Source: Fibrobacterota bacterium (lineage in GTDB: Bacteria; Fibrobacterota; Fibrobacteria; UBA11236). From it: 64,000 nucleotides of DNA. Shown one piece after another: positions 25,801 through 35,852 of this stretch; the first letter of the stretch is position 1, and every line of letters starts with the position of its first letter. A program made the position numbers and the translations under genes. The notes below the pieces were generated by a model. It was not told the origin of the DNA. It ran no database searches and worked only from the letters and a program-made list of their open reading frames with translations. Location of the stretch: the NCBI GenBank assembly GCA_043753995.1, contig JAYUVP010000098.1, forward strand, positions 52,708 to 116,707, read 5' to 3'.

Positions 25801-27270
25801 ATGTCCTATCCCCAATTGCCGACGGCACTCCGCGCCGTCTGGATTGCCACCGCCCTAGCTGCGGCCTTGATTCCAAATCGCCTGCTGGCCGGCGATTCGA
25901 CGGCCGTGGATTCCCTGACTGCGAAACTGAACGAGCTGGATCAAAAGGTCCGAATTTTGGAACGCAACCGGGAAATCGATCAAGAAGCTGCAAAGGCGAC
26001 CGCCGAAAAAGTCGGCAAGGCTCTCAGCGACGACAAGGGATTCGGCCTCGTCAGTCAAGATGACAAGAGTTTCAGTCTCAAGCCAAAAGGCTTTTTGCAG
26101 AGCGTCGGCACCTATTATCTAGATGACGAAGACAATAAGATTTATTCCAACAACTTAACGGCTCGCCGCATGCAAACCTATTTCGATGGGGTCTTGTATA
26201 AGAAATTCGCCTTCCGCGTGCATACCGATTTCGCCGGCGCCAGCTTTGTTTTGCTCGATTCCTATCTCGATTGGAATTTCCTTCCCGAGCTTTCGCTGCG
26301 CGTCGGTAAATTCAAGGTCCCGACCAATTTGGAGCGTTTGCAATCTTCTTCCCGCGCGCAATTCATCGAGCAGGGATATGCTTCGGCCTTGTTACCCAAC
26401 CGCGATTTGGGCATTCAACTGTCAGGCTTGATTTCGGGTGGCTTGCTGGAATACCAAGTCGGTGTTTTCAATGGCGTGCAGGACGCCGGATCGGGCGCTG
26501 ATGATGCCAGCGATGACAAGGATGCTTGGGCACGCGTTTTCATTAGCCCATTCGCCAACTCTTCGATTTACTTATTGCAAGGTTTGGGACTAGGCGTTTC
26601 CGCCAGCCAAGGATGGCAAGAAAACGGGGCACTACCTACTTACCGTTCGCCCAATCGCGCCGTTACCTTATTCGCTTATCGTCCAGCTGTTGCCGCCGTT
26701 CCGGCGGTTGGTACAACTCCTGCCGCTCCCGCTATCGCGGCGGTGATTTCCAAAGGCGAAGTCAAGCGCCTGAATCCCCAAGCCAGTTATTACAATGGCG
26801 GCCTTTCCTTAGGGGGTGAATGGGCCAGCACCACGCAAAAAGTCGAGAAGGCTGGATTCGGCAGCAAGGAATTAATCCATACCGCTTGGCAAGCATCGGC
26901 GGCCTTTGTGGTCACCGGTGAAGCACAAACCTATAAGGGCCTCAAGGTCAAAAACGCCGTTCAAGACAGTGGTCTGGGCGCCATTGAAATTCTCGGCCGC
27001 GTCGGCGCCATCGCATTCGACGAAGACTCCTTTGAGAAAAACCTTTGGGCAGACAGCACGGCTTCGGCGAAATCTGGATTCAGCTGGACCGTGGGCGTGA
27101 ACTGGTATTTGAACAATGCCGTTCGTCTGCAACTGAATTATGAGCAAAACACTTTTGATGGCGGCCGAAAAGGCACCGTCCCGACGGGCGCGGGCGCGGC
27201 GACCCGCACCGTGGTGCTAGACAAATTCGACGAGAAAGTCATTTCACTCAGCTTTAACGTGGCTTATTGA
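25801..27270 (+). CDS. OprO/OprP-family anion porin (probably sulfate)
   Basis: Signal peptide, N-terminal coiled coil, GKFKVP, NRDLG, GVNWYLN, terminal aromatic residue. First large gene of the sbp operon. Confidence 0.88.
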   Translation: MSYPQLPTALRAVWIATALAAALIPNRLLAGDSTAVDSLTAKLNELDQKVRILERNREIDQEAAKATAEKVGKALSDDKGFGLVSQDDKSFSLKPKGFLQSVGTYYLDDEDNKIYSNNLTARRMQTYFDGVLYKKFAFRVHTDFAGASFVLLDSYLDWNFLPELSLRVGKFKVPTNLERLQSSSRAQFIEQGYASALLPNRDLGIQLSGLISGGLLEYQVGVFNGVQDAGSGADDASDDKDAWARVFISPFANSSIYLLQGLGLGVSASQGWQENGALPTYRSPNRAVTLFAYRPAVAAVPAVGTTPAAPAIAAVISKGEVKRLNPQASYYNGGLSLGGEWASTTQKVEKAGFGSKELIHTAWQASAAFVVTGEAQTYKGLKVKNAVQDSGLGAIEILGRVGAIAFDEDSFEKNLWADSTASAKSGFSWTVGVNWYLNNAVRLQLNYEQNTFDGGRKGTVPTGAGAATRTVVLDKFDEKVISLSFNVAY

Positions 27271-27317
27271 GCCGCTCTCGAACCCGATAACCCATCACCA
27301 GCAGACCCATCATACCT

Positions 27318-28331
27318 ATGAAAACAACATTTATATCCCGACCCCTGGCCGCGGCCACTCTCGGCCTAGCCCTGATCGCCAGCGCGGTTTCCGCCAAAGA
27401 AATCAAATTGCTGAACGTGTCTTATGATCCGACTCGTGAACTTTATCACGACGTCAATGCCGCCTTCATCAAGGAATGGAAAACCAAGACTGGCGACGAT
27501 GTCAAGATTGATCAAAGTCATGGCGGATCGGGCAAACAGGCCCGTGGCGTGCTGGACGGCCTCAAAGCCGACGTGGTCACCTTGGCCTTGGGCTATGATG
27601 TCGATGTGCTTTACATCCGAGGAAAGCTCCTTCCCAAGGATTGGCAGAGCAAGCTACCGCATAATAGTTCGCCCTACACTTCGACCATAGTCTTTCTCGT
27701 TCGCAAAGGAAATCCCAAGAAGCTGAAGGACTGGGGAGATTTGATTAAGCCGGGAGTTTCCATCATCACGCCGAATCCAAAAACCTCTGGCGGTGCGCGT
27801 TGGAACTATCTGGCGGCCTGGGCTTATGCCAAGCAATTGCCCGGCAGCAGCGATGAAACCGCCAAGGCTTACGTGAAGGCCCTGTTCAAAAACGTACCCG
27901 TGCTCGACGGCGGCGCCCGAGGATCCACAACGACTTTCGTGCAGCGTGGCATCGGCGATGTCTTGCTGGCCTGGGAGAATGAAGCCTGGTTGGCGGTGAA
28001 TGAGCTGGGCAAGGACAAATTCGAAATCGTCTATCCCAGTCTCAGCATACTCGCCGAACCTCCGGTTGCCGTGGTGGAAAAAGTGGCCACCAAAAAAGGA
28101 AATGCAGTCGTGGCCAAGGCCTATTTGGATTTTCTGTACACCGACGAGGGCCAAGATTTAATAGGCAAGAATTACTACCGGCCCACTTCCGAAAAAGCCA
28201 TTGCCAAGTATGCGGACAAATATCCGAAACTGAAGCTGGTCACCATTGACGCCGATTTCGGCGGCTGGGCTAAGGCCCAAAAAGATCATTTCGATGACGG
28301 CGGAAGTTTCGACGCCATCTACGCGCCTTAG
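27318..28331 (+). CDS. sbp: Sulfate ABC transporter substrate-binding protein
   Basis: [41 protein letters not shown]. Confidence 0.96.
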   Translation: MKTTFISRPLAAATLGLALIASAVSAKEIKLLNVSYDPTRELYHDVNAAFIKEWKTKTGDDVKIDQSHGGSGKQARGVLDGLKADVVTLALGYDVDVLYIRGKLLPKDWQSKLPHNSSPYTSTIVFLVRKGNPKKLKDWGDLIKPGVSIITPNPKTSGGARWNYLAAWAYAKQLPGSSDETAKAYVKALFKNVPVLDGGARGSTTTFVQRGIGDVLLAWENEAWLAVNELGKDKFEIVYPSLSILAEPPVAVVEKVATKKGNAVVAKAYLDFLYTDEGQDLIGKNYYRPTSEKAIAKYADKYPKLKLVTIDADFGGWAKAQKDHFDDGGSFDAIYAP

Positions 28332-28344
28332 TTTTTCGGTCTTA

Positions 28345-28378
28345 GAGGCGATGGTCCGGACATCGCCTCATTTTGTTT
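28345..28378 (+). terminator. Intercistronic hairpin / partial terminator after sbp
   Basis: gaggcgatg-gtccgga-catcgcctc followed by attttgttt. Confidence 0.65.
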
Positions 28379-28403
28379 CATGTCTTTCAGATAGGATAGA
28401 GTC

Positions 28404-29237
28404 ATGGCTTGGAAATGGAAACAGCATAGCGTGATACCCGGATTCCGGCTCACCTTCGGCTATACCATAGCGTATTTGCTGATACTGGTTTTGATCCCCC
28501 TCGGGGCTTTGTTCTGGAAAAGCGCCACGCTTTCCTGGCCTGAACTTATCGATACCATTTTCGCTCCCCGCGTTTTGGCTTCTTACCGATTAAGCTTCGG
28601 GGCCGCAGCTGTTGCGGCGCTGTTCAATCTCCCCGTGGGCTTGCTCATCGCCTGGGTTTTGGCGCGGTATGAATTCCCGGGCCGTCGCATCATGGACGCC
28701 TTGGTGGACTTGCCTTTCGCCTTGCCTACCGCGGTGGCGGGCATTGCCTTGACCGCAGTGTTCGGGCCTTCGGGCTGGCTGGGAAAGCCTCTGCTCGCTA
28801 TTGGCATCAAGGTCGCCTACACGCCTTTGGGGGTTACGGTTGCCATGATTTTCATCAGCCTGCCTTTCATCGTTCGCACGGTTCAACCGGTGTTGGAAGA
28901 TCTGCAACGCGACATCGAAGAAGCGGCCGCGACCTTAGGCGCCAATCGATGGCAAATCTTCACCCAAGTGCTTTTGCCCTTATTGGCTCCCGCACTTTTC
29001 ACGGGATTCGCCCTCGCATTCGCGAGAGCTCTGGGAGAATACGGATCGATTGTTTTCATCGCCGGTAATATGCCGATGAAAACCGAAATCACGCCCTTGC
29101 TCATCATCACCAAGCTGGAGCAATACGAGTATGCCCAGGCCACGGCCATTGCCGCCACAACCTTGCTCGTCTCCTTTACCTTATTGCTGATCATCAACCG
29201 CATTCAAGCTGTTAGCCGCAAGAAGTATGGCCTATGA
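28404..29237 (+). CDS. cysT: Sulfate ABC transporter permease CysT
   Basis: [31 protein letters not shown]. Confidence 0.96.
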   Translation: MAWKWKQHSVIPGFRLTFGYTIAYLLILVLIPLGALFWKSATLSWPELIDTIFAPRVLASYRLSFGAAAVAALFNLPVGLLIAWVLARYEFPGRRIMDALVDLPFALPTAVAGIALTAVFGPSGWLGKPLLAIGIKVAYTPLGVTVAMIFISLPFIVRTVQPVLEDLQRDIEEAAATLGANRWQIFTQVLLPLLAPALFTGFALAFARALGEYGSIVFIAGNMPMKTEITPLLIITKLEQYEYAQATAIAATTLLVSFTLLLIINRIQAVSRKKYGL

Positions 29238-30148
29238 TCGAATCCAATACCGTAGACGCGCCTGAGAAAAAGGCGAAGACCACATCCAAGCCCACTCCTC
29301 GGGCGACCCTGAAAGCCGCGACTACGGAGACCCCGGCCATACGAATTTTTCTCATCTTGGCGGCGGCATTCCTGTTGTCCGGCATTTTGCTCGTGCCCCT
29401 CGCCGCCGTCTTCATCGAGGCTTTTTCCAAAGGCATAGCTGGCTTCATTCATGCCATCACCGAATCGGATACCCTGGCCGCCTTGCGACTGACCTTGCTG
29501 GCCTGCGCGATTGCCGTGCCGCTCAATGTCGTATTCGGCTTGGCGGCGGCGTGGTGCATCGCCAAATTTGAGTTCTTCGGCAAAGATTTCTTGATCACCT
29601 TGATTGATTTGCCCTTCAGCGTTTCTCCCGTCATATCCGGCTTGATTTTCGTTTTGCTCTTCGGCGCGCAAGGTGTTTTCGGGCCTTTCCTGCAAGAGCA
29701 TGATATCAGCATCATCTTCGCGGTGCCCGGCATCGTTTTGGCGACGACCTTCGTCACCTTTCCTTTCGTGGCGCGGGAACTCATTCCCATTATGCAAGCG
29801 CAGGGCACAGATGAAGAGCAGGCAGCCTTGGTCTTGGGATCTTCGGGATGGCAAATTTTCTGGCGCATCACCTTGCCCAATATCAAGTGGGGGCTGCTTT
29901 ACGGCGTCATTCTTTGCAATGCCCGCGCCATGGGTGAATTCGGCGCGGTGTCGGTGGTTTCCGGCCATATACGCGGCCAAACCAATACCCTGCCCCTGCA
30001 AGTGGAAATCCTTTACAATGAATATGATTTCTCCGGCGCTTTCGCGGTCGCCTCGCTATTGGCACTTTTGGCAGTCGTAACCTTGATCGCGAAAAAACTG
30101 GTTGAGGGCAATGTTGCCGCCGAGCGTCGAACCGAGACAAAACCATGA
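29234..30148 (+). CDS. cysW: Sulfate ABC transporter permease CysW
   Basis: [33 protein letters not shown]. Confidence 0.96.
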   Translation: MIESNTVDAPEKKAKTTSKPTPRATLKAATTETPAIRIFLILAAAFLLSGILLVPLAAVFIEAFSKGIAGFIHAITESDTLAALRLTLLACAIAVPLNVVFGLAAAWCIAKFEFFGKDFLITLIDLPFSVSPVISGLIFVLLFGAQGVFGPFLQEHDISIIFAVPGIVLATTFVTFPFVARELIPIMQAQGTDEEQAALVLGSSGWQIFWRITLPNIKWGLLYGVILCNARAMGEFGAVSVVSGHIRGQTNTLPLQVEILYNEYDFSGAFAVASLLALLAVVTLIAKKLVEGNVAAERRTETKP

Positions 30149-31224
30149 GCATCGAGATTAAAAGCATTTCGAAGAATTTCGCGACCTTCAAGGCGCTCGA
30201 CAATATCAATCTCTCCATCCCCTCGGGAGAGTTGGTGGCCTTGCTCGGGCCTTCGGGTTCGGGAAAAACCACCTTGCTACGCATACTCGCGGGTTTGGAA
30301 AATCCCGATTCGGGCAGCGTTTTGTTCGAGGGCCGCGACGCTACCTACGAGCATACCCGCGATCGTCGCGTCGGCTTCGTGTTTCAGCATTATGCCTTAT
30401 TCCGCCACATGACCATATTCGAAAATGTCGCCTATGGTTTGCGCATCAAAGCCAGGAATATTCGCCTTAAGGAAAAGGAAATTGACGAACGCGTTCACAA
30501 CTTGCTGACTCTGGTGCAACTCGATTGGCTGGCCGATCGCTATCCCGCCCAATTGTCCGGTGGTCAGCGCCAACGCATCGCCCTGGCGCGCGCCTTGGCC
30601 GTGGAGCCTCAAGTGCTATTGCTCGATGAGCCCTTTGGAGCCCTCGACGCCAAGGTCCGTCTCGAATTGCGCACTTGGCTGCGGCGATTGCATGATGACC
30701 TGGGAATCACTTCCGTTTTCGTCACTCACGATCAAGAAGAAGCCATGGAAGTTTCCGATCGCGTGGTCATCCTGGATCGTGGGCGTATCGAACAGGATGG
30801 TTCGCCGGAAAACGTTTACGAGAATCCGGCAACACCTTTTGTGTATGAGTTTCTCGGAATATCCAACAAATTCGCGGGCAATGTCCGGCAAGAGATTGTG
30901 ATGGCCGGTGTTAACGTACAGGTGACTACGCATGAAATCGACGAGCTAAATGGCGATTTCGCCTATGTGCGGCCCTTTGATTTCGACGTCAGTCGGCAGC
31001 CATTTTCCTCTGAATCCATTTCCGCGCAATTGCAGCATGCCCAGGTGGTTGGAAATGCCGTTCGCCTGTATTTACGAGTACCTGAGAAGCCAGAACCGGT
31101 GCGTGCCGAGGTGGACAAAAAGCGATACCGCGAACTTGCCGTCGCGGCCGGTGATACCGTTTACCTCAAGCCCAAGCATGTGCAAATTTTTCAGATGGAT
31201 CGTCAAAACGTGGTGGCTTATTAG
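30145..31224 (+). CDS. cysA: Sulfate ABC transporter ATPase
   Basis: [38 protein letters not shown]-like C-terminus. Confidence 0.96.
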   Translation: MSIEIKSISKNFATFKALDNINLSIPSGELVALLGPSGSGKTTLLRILAGLENPDSGSVLFEGRDATYEHTRDRRVGFVFQHYALFRHMTIFENVAYGLRIKARNIRLKEKEIDERVHNLLTLVQLDWLADRYPAQLSGGQRQRIALARALAVEPQVLLLDEPFGALDAKVRLELRTWLRRLHDDLGITSVFVTHDQEEAMEVSDRVVILDRGRIEQDGSPENVYENPATPFVYEFLGISNKFAGNVRQEIVMAGVNVQVTTHEIDELNGDFAYVRPFDFDVSRQPFSSESISAQLQHAQVVGNAVRLYLRVPEKPEPVRAEVDKKRYRELAVAAGDTVYLKPKHVQIFQMDRQNVVAY

Positions 31225-31269
31225 GGTTTGATCCCCATTTTGACCTAGGATGCCGACCGGTACTCCGGA

Positions 31270-31293
31270 GGTTACCCCTAAACAGGAGTAACA
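31270..31293. promoter_or_regulatory. Third GTTAC-N12-GTAACA motif (core only)
   Basis: ggttac-ccctaaacagga-gtaaca. Confidence 0.4.
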
Positions 31294-31387
31294 CGATCTT
31301 GCATTCCAGGTTGAATCCGATTAAGGAGAGAGCACTTAGATTCCAAGGAAATATCATCTCGATCCCTCGGCTTGAAATTCGCGGGCA

Positions 31388-32080
31388 GTGTCACAGCGCT
31401 GGAAGCTTGGTATTCAATGCAGTCGGGCTTGGCGACCTGGATTTGAATTAGGCACCATTGCCCGGCAACGCGGCGAAGAGTGTACCGATATTTCCGGGCA
31501 TGCCTTGACCATAGTACGCGATTTTGCTTCTGCTTTGCCGAAGTTGCGCATCCTACTCCACAGCGACGTCTTGGCGGCTTTTCAAGGGGATCCTGCGGCG
31601 CATACCGTCGACCAAGTTTTGCTTTATTATCCAGGTATCGTAGCCATTTTGCATCATCGCTTGGAGCATCACGCCAATATCGTGCCTTGGCAAATTCTCG
31701 CCCAGGAAAAAGGTGCCAAGCTACGCGTGATACCCGTGGATTCCACCGGGAAAATCCGCTTGGACGAATACCAAAAGCTATTGAACGATCGCACCAAGCT
31801 CCTCGCCATCACCCAGGTTTCCAATGCCTTGGGAACCATCACCCCCGTGAAGCAAATCGTGGAAATGGCTCACAAAGTCGGGGCTCGCGTGCTGGTGGAC
31901 GGGGGGCGCAAGCCGTGTCGCACTTGCGCGTGAACGTGCAGGCCTTAGACGCCGATGCAGTGGGTTTAGGCGCGGCCCTCTCTCGCCTTTTACAATACTT
32001 GCGAAGAGGTGGGAGTGTGGGTGAGGACGGTGACGCGTTTGAGCGCCCGCAATCGGTTCCGCCACCTAAACGACCTGTGA
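31388..32080 (+). pseudogene. Collapsed chimera of serine O-acetyltransferase (EpsC/CysE-type) and SufS-type cysteine desulfurase fragments
   Basis: SDVLAAFQGDPAA..YPGIVAILHHRL runs into LEHHANIVPWQ..QVSNALGT..VLVDG. Frameshift in the G6 run (31901-06), then AQAVSH..LDAD/ADAVGLGAAL, then RPSLAFYNTCEEV in another frame. Confidence 0.9.
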
Positions 32081-32202
32081 CGGTGTATTCGAAATTTCTG
32101 ACTTCAGCAAATACATACCCTGGCACGAGCTTTTGCGGCAATGCATAGCCCGACGGGTCCGTCGAATGGAATGAATGACCTATGCACACCTTTTAAAAAT
32201 AA

Positions 32203-32241
32203 AACCAAGTCCAGCGAGCAATTGGCCCGCTGGACTTGGTT
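32203..32241 (-). terminator. Intrinsic terminator of the astacin gene
   Basis: 14-bp perfect stem aaccaagtccagcg/cgctggacttggtt with an A-rich run on the left (U-tract on the minus strand). Confidence 0.85.
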
Positions 32242-32251
32242 GAAATAGGGT

Positions 32252-34129
32252 CTAGTGGAAAGGTGCACCCGATCCCAGGAAAACCGAGCCTTGGATGTTG
32301 GTGTATTGATAGGCTAAGACATGCTGATAATCGAAATAGCGATTATCCACAATGGCGGCACCGTAATTGACCAAGCCCACGTCATTGGCTGCATCGATAC
32401 GGCTAATGGTATTTCCCAAATTGCCCACCCTGAAAATAGTGGTACCGGTGGTTCTGAATCCTCGATTGTCCATGTCGAAGAGATACATGGTCGTTCCGCT
32501 CACCGTAGCTAAAACCGCCTTGGTTACCGATTGCCACAAACCGACCGGAGTACCCGGCAGGCTGACATCGGCGACGATATTGCCTATGCTACCCGTACCA
32601 GGCATGCTTCGTATGCGGGTAAGACCCGTAGAGGCGGCAAAAAGGAAAAAAGCTGAATTTTTTCCCAAGGAGGTTTCGCTGTAAAAAGGACGGAAGAAAG
32701 TCCAATTTGTCCAAGTGTCCGAATAGGTTAGCGATTGGATATTGCCCAAAGTATTGACTGACCAAATATTGACTAGGAAATTGGTTTTGTTTTGGAAAAA
32801 CAAAAACATTTTGCCTTCGGACTGATAATATTCAATGGTAGACCATCCCGTTCCCCAATAGCCTGAAGCGATATTTGCTCCTACAAGCCCGCTGGCTGAA
32901 TTGACATAAAAAAGACGGACATAGCCATTGGTGGAATTGTAAAACATCAAGCAAGGTGCTTTATTGGCATCGAAGTAAGGAGCGATGAGATTGAAGCCTC
33001 CGCCCACATTTATATTTTGCAAGGAATTACCAAGGGTATTGTCGGAATTGATAGATGTTATATTGGCGACGCCAGTAACAGGATCATAGGTGCAAATGAA
33101 TTTTTTAGCCACGAAATTCGGGAAGGTGTTGAATAGCTTGGTGACCTTGCCCTGTATTCCCGGCAGCAATGCCACCGGCCGCAGAGGAATGGCATTTACC
33201 CCGATGCCCCATAATGAGGATTTGTCGGTAGCCGTAAACACTGCGCCCCCTAGGGCTTGGCCATTGATGGCCGTCATGGTCACGGTATAGTTCGCTCCGG
33301 TCGCATGCTTGTATGTGACGGTGCCGCTGCCGTAATGCATGATGGATTTTTGATCGTAGACGCCCACGGTATTGCCGTCGTTTTTAATCGCCCAGTTCGA
33401 ATTGAACCAACCGCTATCATCGGTGCCGGTGGTGGTAATATTGACGTAGGTTGCCCGGTCAGGCCGCATTTGTTCGTGATACATGCCAGCCGTATGCGCC
33501 ATTTCGTGCATAAGAGTCGAACGACCCACCGCGGCTTGGGGCAGTCGGATATACTGCACCCCATTCGCTGAAACCATGCCAACTTGCGAGTTGGCAAAGG
33601 GGTCATTGGTTTTGACAAAGACCACGACCGGATAGGTTTTTTGATCCCAAGGGATATAGGAAATGCCCCCAGCTTGATTGAACTCATAAACGGCTCTTTC
33701 AACTTCAACCTTGTCGACATTGCCAACCGCGATGTAGGGAATCACGGCATTGGGCCAGGCATTGGCCTTGCCAGTATAGGCCGTATTTAAGACAAAACCC
33801 GATGACTTGGCCAGTCCAACCGGTTTGTCTTCACGCGGGTCTACCAATTTGGCGCGCAACTCTTCCACTTCCTGAACGCCGCTCGCAATCACAATGTCGC
33901 CCTCAATTAAGGCAAGACTGTCGGTAAAGGTGACGGGGGTATAATTGGGTATTTGATTTGAATCCAAACCCGTGAACAAATAACTGCGTCCCTCGGGCAA
34001 TGCTTGCCATTCGGTTGGCGAATTATCAACCGTATTTTTAGCCGAAGTAGATTCGTCGTGAGTCATATCGAATTGACATCCGGCGAATAAAAGCACGGCT
34101 GGAATGGCCGCAAAAACAAGTGGTTTCAT
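32252..34129 (-). CDS. Astacin (M12A) metalloprotease lipoprotein with C-terminal propeller-like repeats
   Basis: Lipobox FAGC; prodomain IEGDIV; HEMAHTAGMYHEQMRPDR; Met-turn SIMHY. Confidence 0.93.
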   Translation of the reverse strand: MKPLVFAAIPAVLLFAGCQFDMTHDESTSAKNTVDNSPTEWQALPEGRSYLFTGLDSNQIPNYTPVTFTDSLALIEGDIVIASGVQEVEELRAKLVDPREDKPVGLAKSSGFVLNTAYTGKANAWPNAVIPYIAVGNVDKVEVERAVYEFNQAGGISYIPWDQKTYPVVVFVKTNDPFANSQVGMVSANGVQYIRLPQAAVGRSTLMHEMAHTAGMYHEQMRPDRATYVNITTTGTDDSGWFNSNWAIKNDGNTVGVYDQKSIMHYGSGTVTYKHATGANYTVTMTAINGQALGGAVFTATDKSSLWGIGVNAIPLRPVALLPGIQGKVTKLFNTFPNFVAKKFICTYDPVTGVANITSINSDNTLGNSLQNINVGGGFNLIAPYFDANKAPCLMFYNSTNGYVRLFYVNSASGLVGANIASGYWGTGWSTIEYYQSEGKMFLFFQNKTNFLVNIWSVNTLGNIQSLTYSDTWTNWTFFRPFYSETSLGKNSAFFLFAASTGLTRIRSMPGTGSIGNIVADVSLPGTPVGLWQSVTKAVLATVSGTTMYLFDMDNRGFRTTGTTIFRVGNLGNTISRIDAANDVGLVNYGAAIVDNRYFDYQHVLAYQYTNIQGSVFLGSGAPFH

Positions 34130-34629
34130 GCATTACCTACGGTTATGATGTTCGATCTTGGAGTCGCTTGAGAATTCAAGCACCCTGGAAAGTTAGCCGC
34201 GACCCAATCCGATTCATTTGCTATTCACACCAAAAGTGTGCATTTCACACCACCTTCTCCGACCTACGCACTCGGACTTGCGAGATGCAAGCGAACTTGG
34301 GTTCACCTCCCGCAGGTCCCGCGCATAATCGCAAGCCGGTGATTGCGCTGCGTGATGCCGATGCCAACGCTGAACCCAATGGGTTACCTGTGCGCACAAA
34401 TCGGCGCGTTCAACCTGCATGCGGTCCGCCTTCCCCCGGCGCTAAGTCCCCAAAAATATGGATACACACGATTCGCCACGGCTTGCTTTTCCTCGGGAGA
34501 GAGCGGAGGCGTCGGGAGGGCGCCGAAAACGTTGTCCAAAATCGGAATACGAATTGCGGGGAACCGACCCCGTGAGGACGGAGCAATAAGCTCATCTTTA
34601 AGCGATGGGGCAAATTGCGGAATCGATAT

Positions 34630-35784
34630 CTATTGTATTATCAATCGATAGCGCGCTACTTTTTCCAAGCTTCGCGTCTCAAGTTGATACACGCCAGCAT
34701 TGAGCGCTGCATCCAGGCTGAATTCTGGTGTTATTTCTGTGATAGTTCTCCAAAATACCACCGCCCCACGCAAATCACGAATCGTGATTCTTGTATCGAT
34801 ATTCCCTGACAAATCTATTCGCAATCTTTGCCCCACCTTCGCCATGATTTGAGGCGTCTTGGAAATGGGCTGGCGGCTCAGGCGCGCACTCAATGCCGCG
34901 CAAGACCCATCGTCGATGCGGGCGCTGGAATCATAACGCGGCGACAGCTTATCGGTGCAGCCATTCTGAAAATCGCCCGCGAGCCAACGCAGGCTTTGCC
35001 AATAAAGCTTAGGGATGGCACTGTCAGCTTGGGCCGTGACATGAGACGCGCCTTGGCCAGGGCTGCTGTATAGCAATTTGCCTTTACCGATACTTCGGGC
35101 CCAAACCATGGGATGGTCATCGCTTGAATCAGGACCAGGGGCCAGCACTCCCGCTTCGCCATTTTTTGCTGCATATAACACGGTCACACCTGTTAATGGC
35201 CGGACATTCGCGTTGAAACGGAACCATTGATCAGTCAATCGAATCGATTCGGGAATAGCGGCAAGGACATGTTTGAGTTCCGGATGTCGCTTCGCGCCGC
35301 TATCCGAGACAAGGTCAGCCTTACCGGGAAGTGGATGATTGGTAAACTTCGCGCCTAACATATCCTGGAGTTGCGGCCATGTATCGTTGTGATCGGCGGC
35401 CCATCGAATCAAGAGCCAACCGCCTCCTTGATGGACATACTCTGCCACCGCGTCGCGGGCCGAAGCGGTCGGAACCGAAGCCCGTCCATTGGTATTGTTA
35501 TTCCAAATGATGACTTGATATTTTTTCAAAAATTCCGGTGTCAATTGATTATCGTCGGTTAAGGAATCCAGTTCAAAGCCCTTGGCTTCGGCCATTTGCT
35601 TAAACACGGCATTCACCTCGGGAATAGCCAACGGCTCCATCCACCCACCCACTTTGTTGTACAACAAGACACGCTTCACCTTGCTGGTGGATTCAGGCGG
35701 GGAGGTTTGAGCTGAGGCTACTCTATTACAAAAAATCAGGATCGGGGCGATTAAAACGGCAGCCCTCAAACAAGATGATGACAT
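34630..35784 (-). CDS. Secreted ThuA-like domain protein with T9SS-like C-terminal domain
   Basis: RVLLYNK, YQVIIWNN, GGGWL, PMVWAR..GKG; tail IRDLRGAVV..GVYQL. Confidence 0.85.
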   Translation of the reverse strand: MSSSCLRAAVLIAPILIFCNRVASAQTSPPESTSKVKRVLLYNKVGGWMEPLAIPEVNAVFKQMAEAKGFELDSLTDDNQLTPEFLKKYQVIIWNNNTNGRASVPTASARDAVAEYVHQGGGWLLIRWAADHNDTWPQLQDMLGAKFTNHPLPGKADLVSDSGAKRHPELKHVLAAIPESIRLTDQWFRFNANVRPLTGVTVLYAAKNGEAGVLAPGPDSSDDHPMVWARSIGKGKLLYSSPGQGASHVTAQADSAIPKLYWQSLRWLAGDFQNGCTDKLSPRYDSSARIDDGSCAALSARLSRQPISKTPQIMAKVGQRLRIDLSGNIDTRITIRDLRGAVVFWRTITEITPEFSLDAALNAGVYQLETRSLEKVARYRLIIQ

Positions 35785-35852
35785 AAACTCTCCAAGTGAG
35801 GGGACGTTGGACAGGCCGTGGCAAAGTCATCACTATTTCGGACTCCGATGAC

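Noticed and set aside
29204..30001. 265-aa antisense ORF, and the many similar overlapping ORFs in the track
   Set aside because: These are shadow frames of well-supported genes (here cysW) with no motifs or RBS.
34200..34600. Possible further gene remnant on the minus strand (LSPEEKQAVANRVYPYFWG; QVERADLCAQVTHWVQRW)
   Set aside because: It looks protein-like, but I cannot assign a family. A tBLASTx search is needed.
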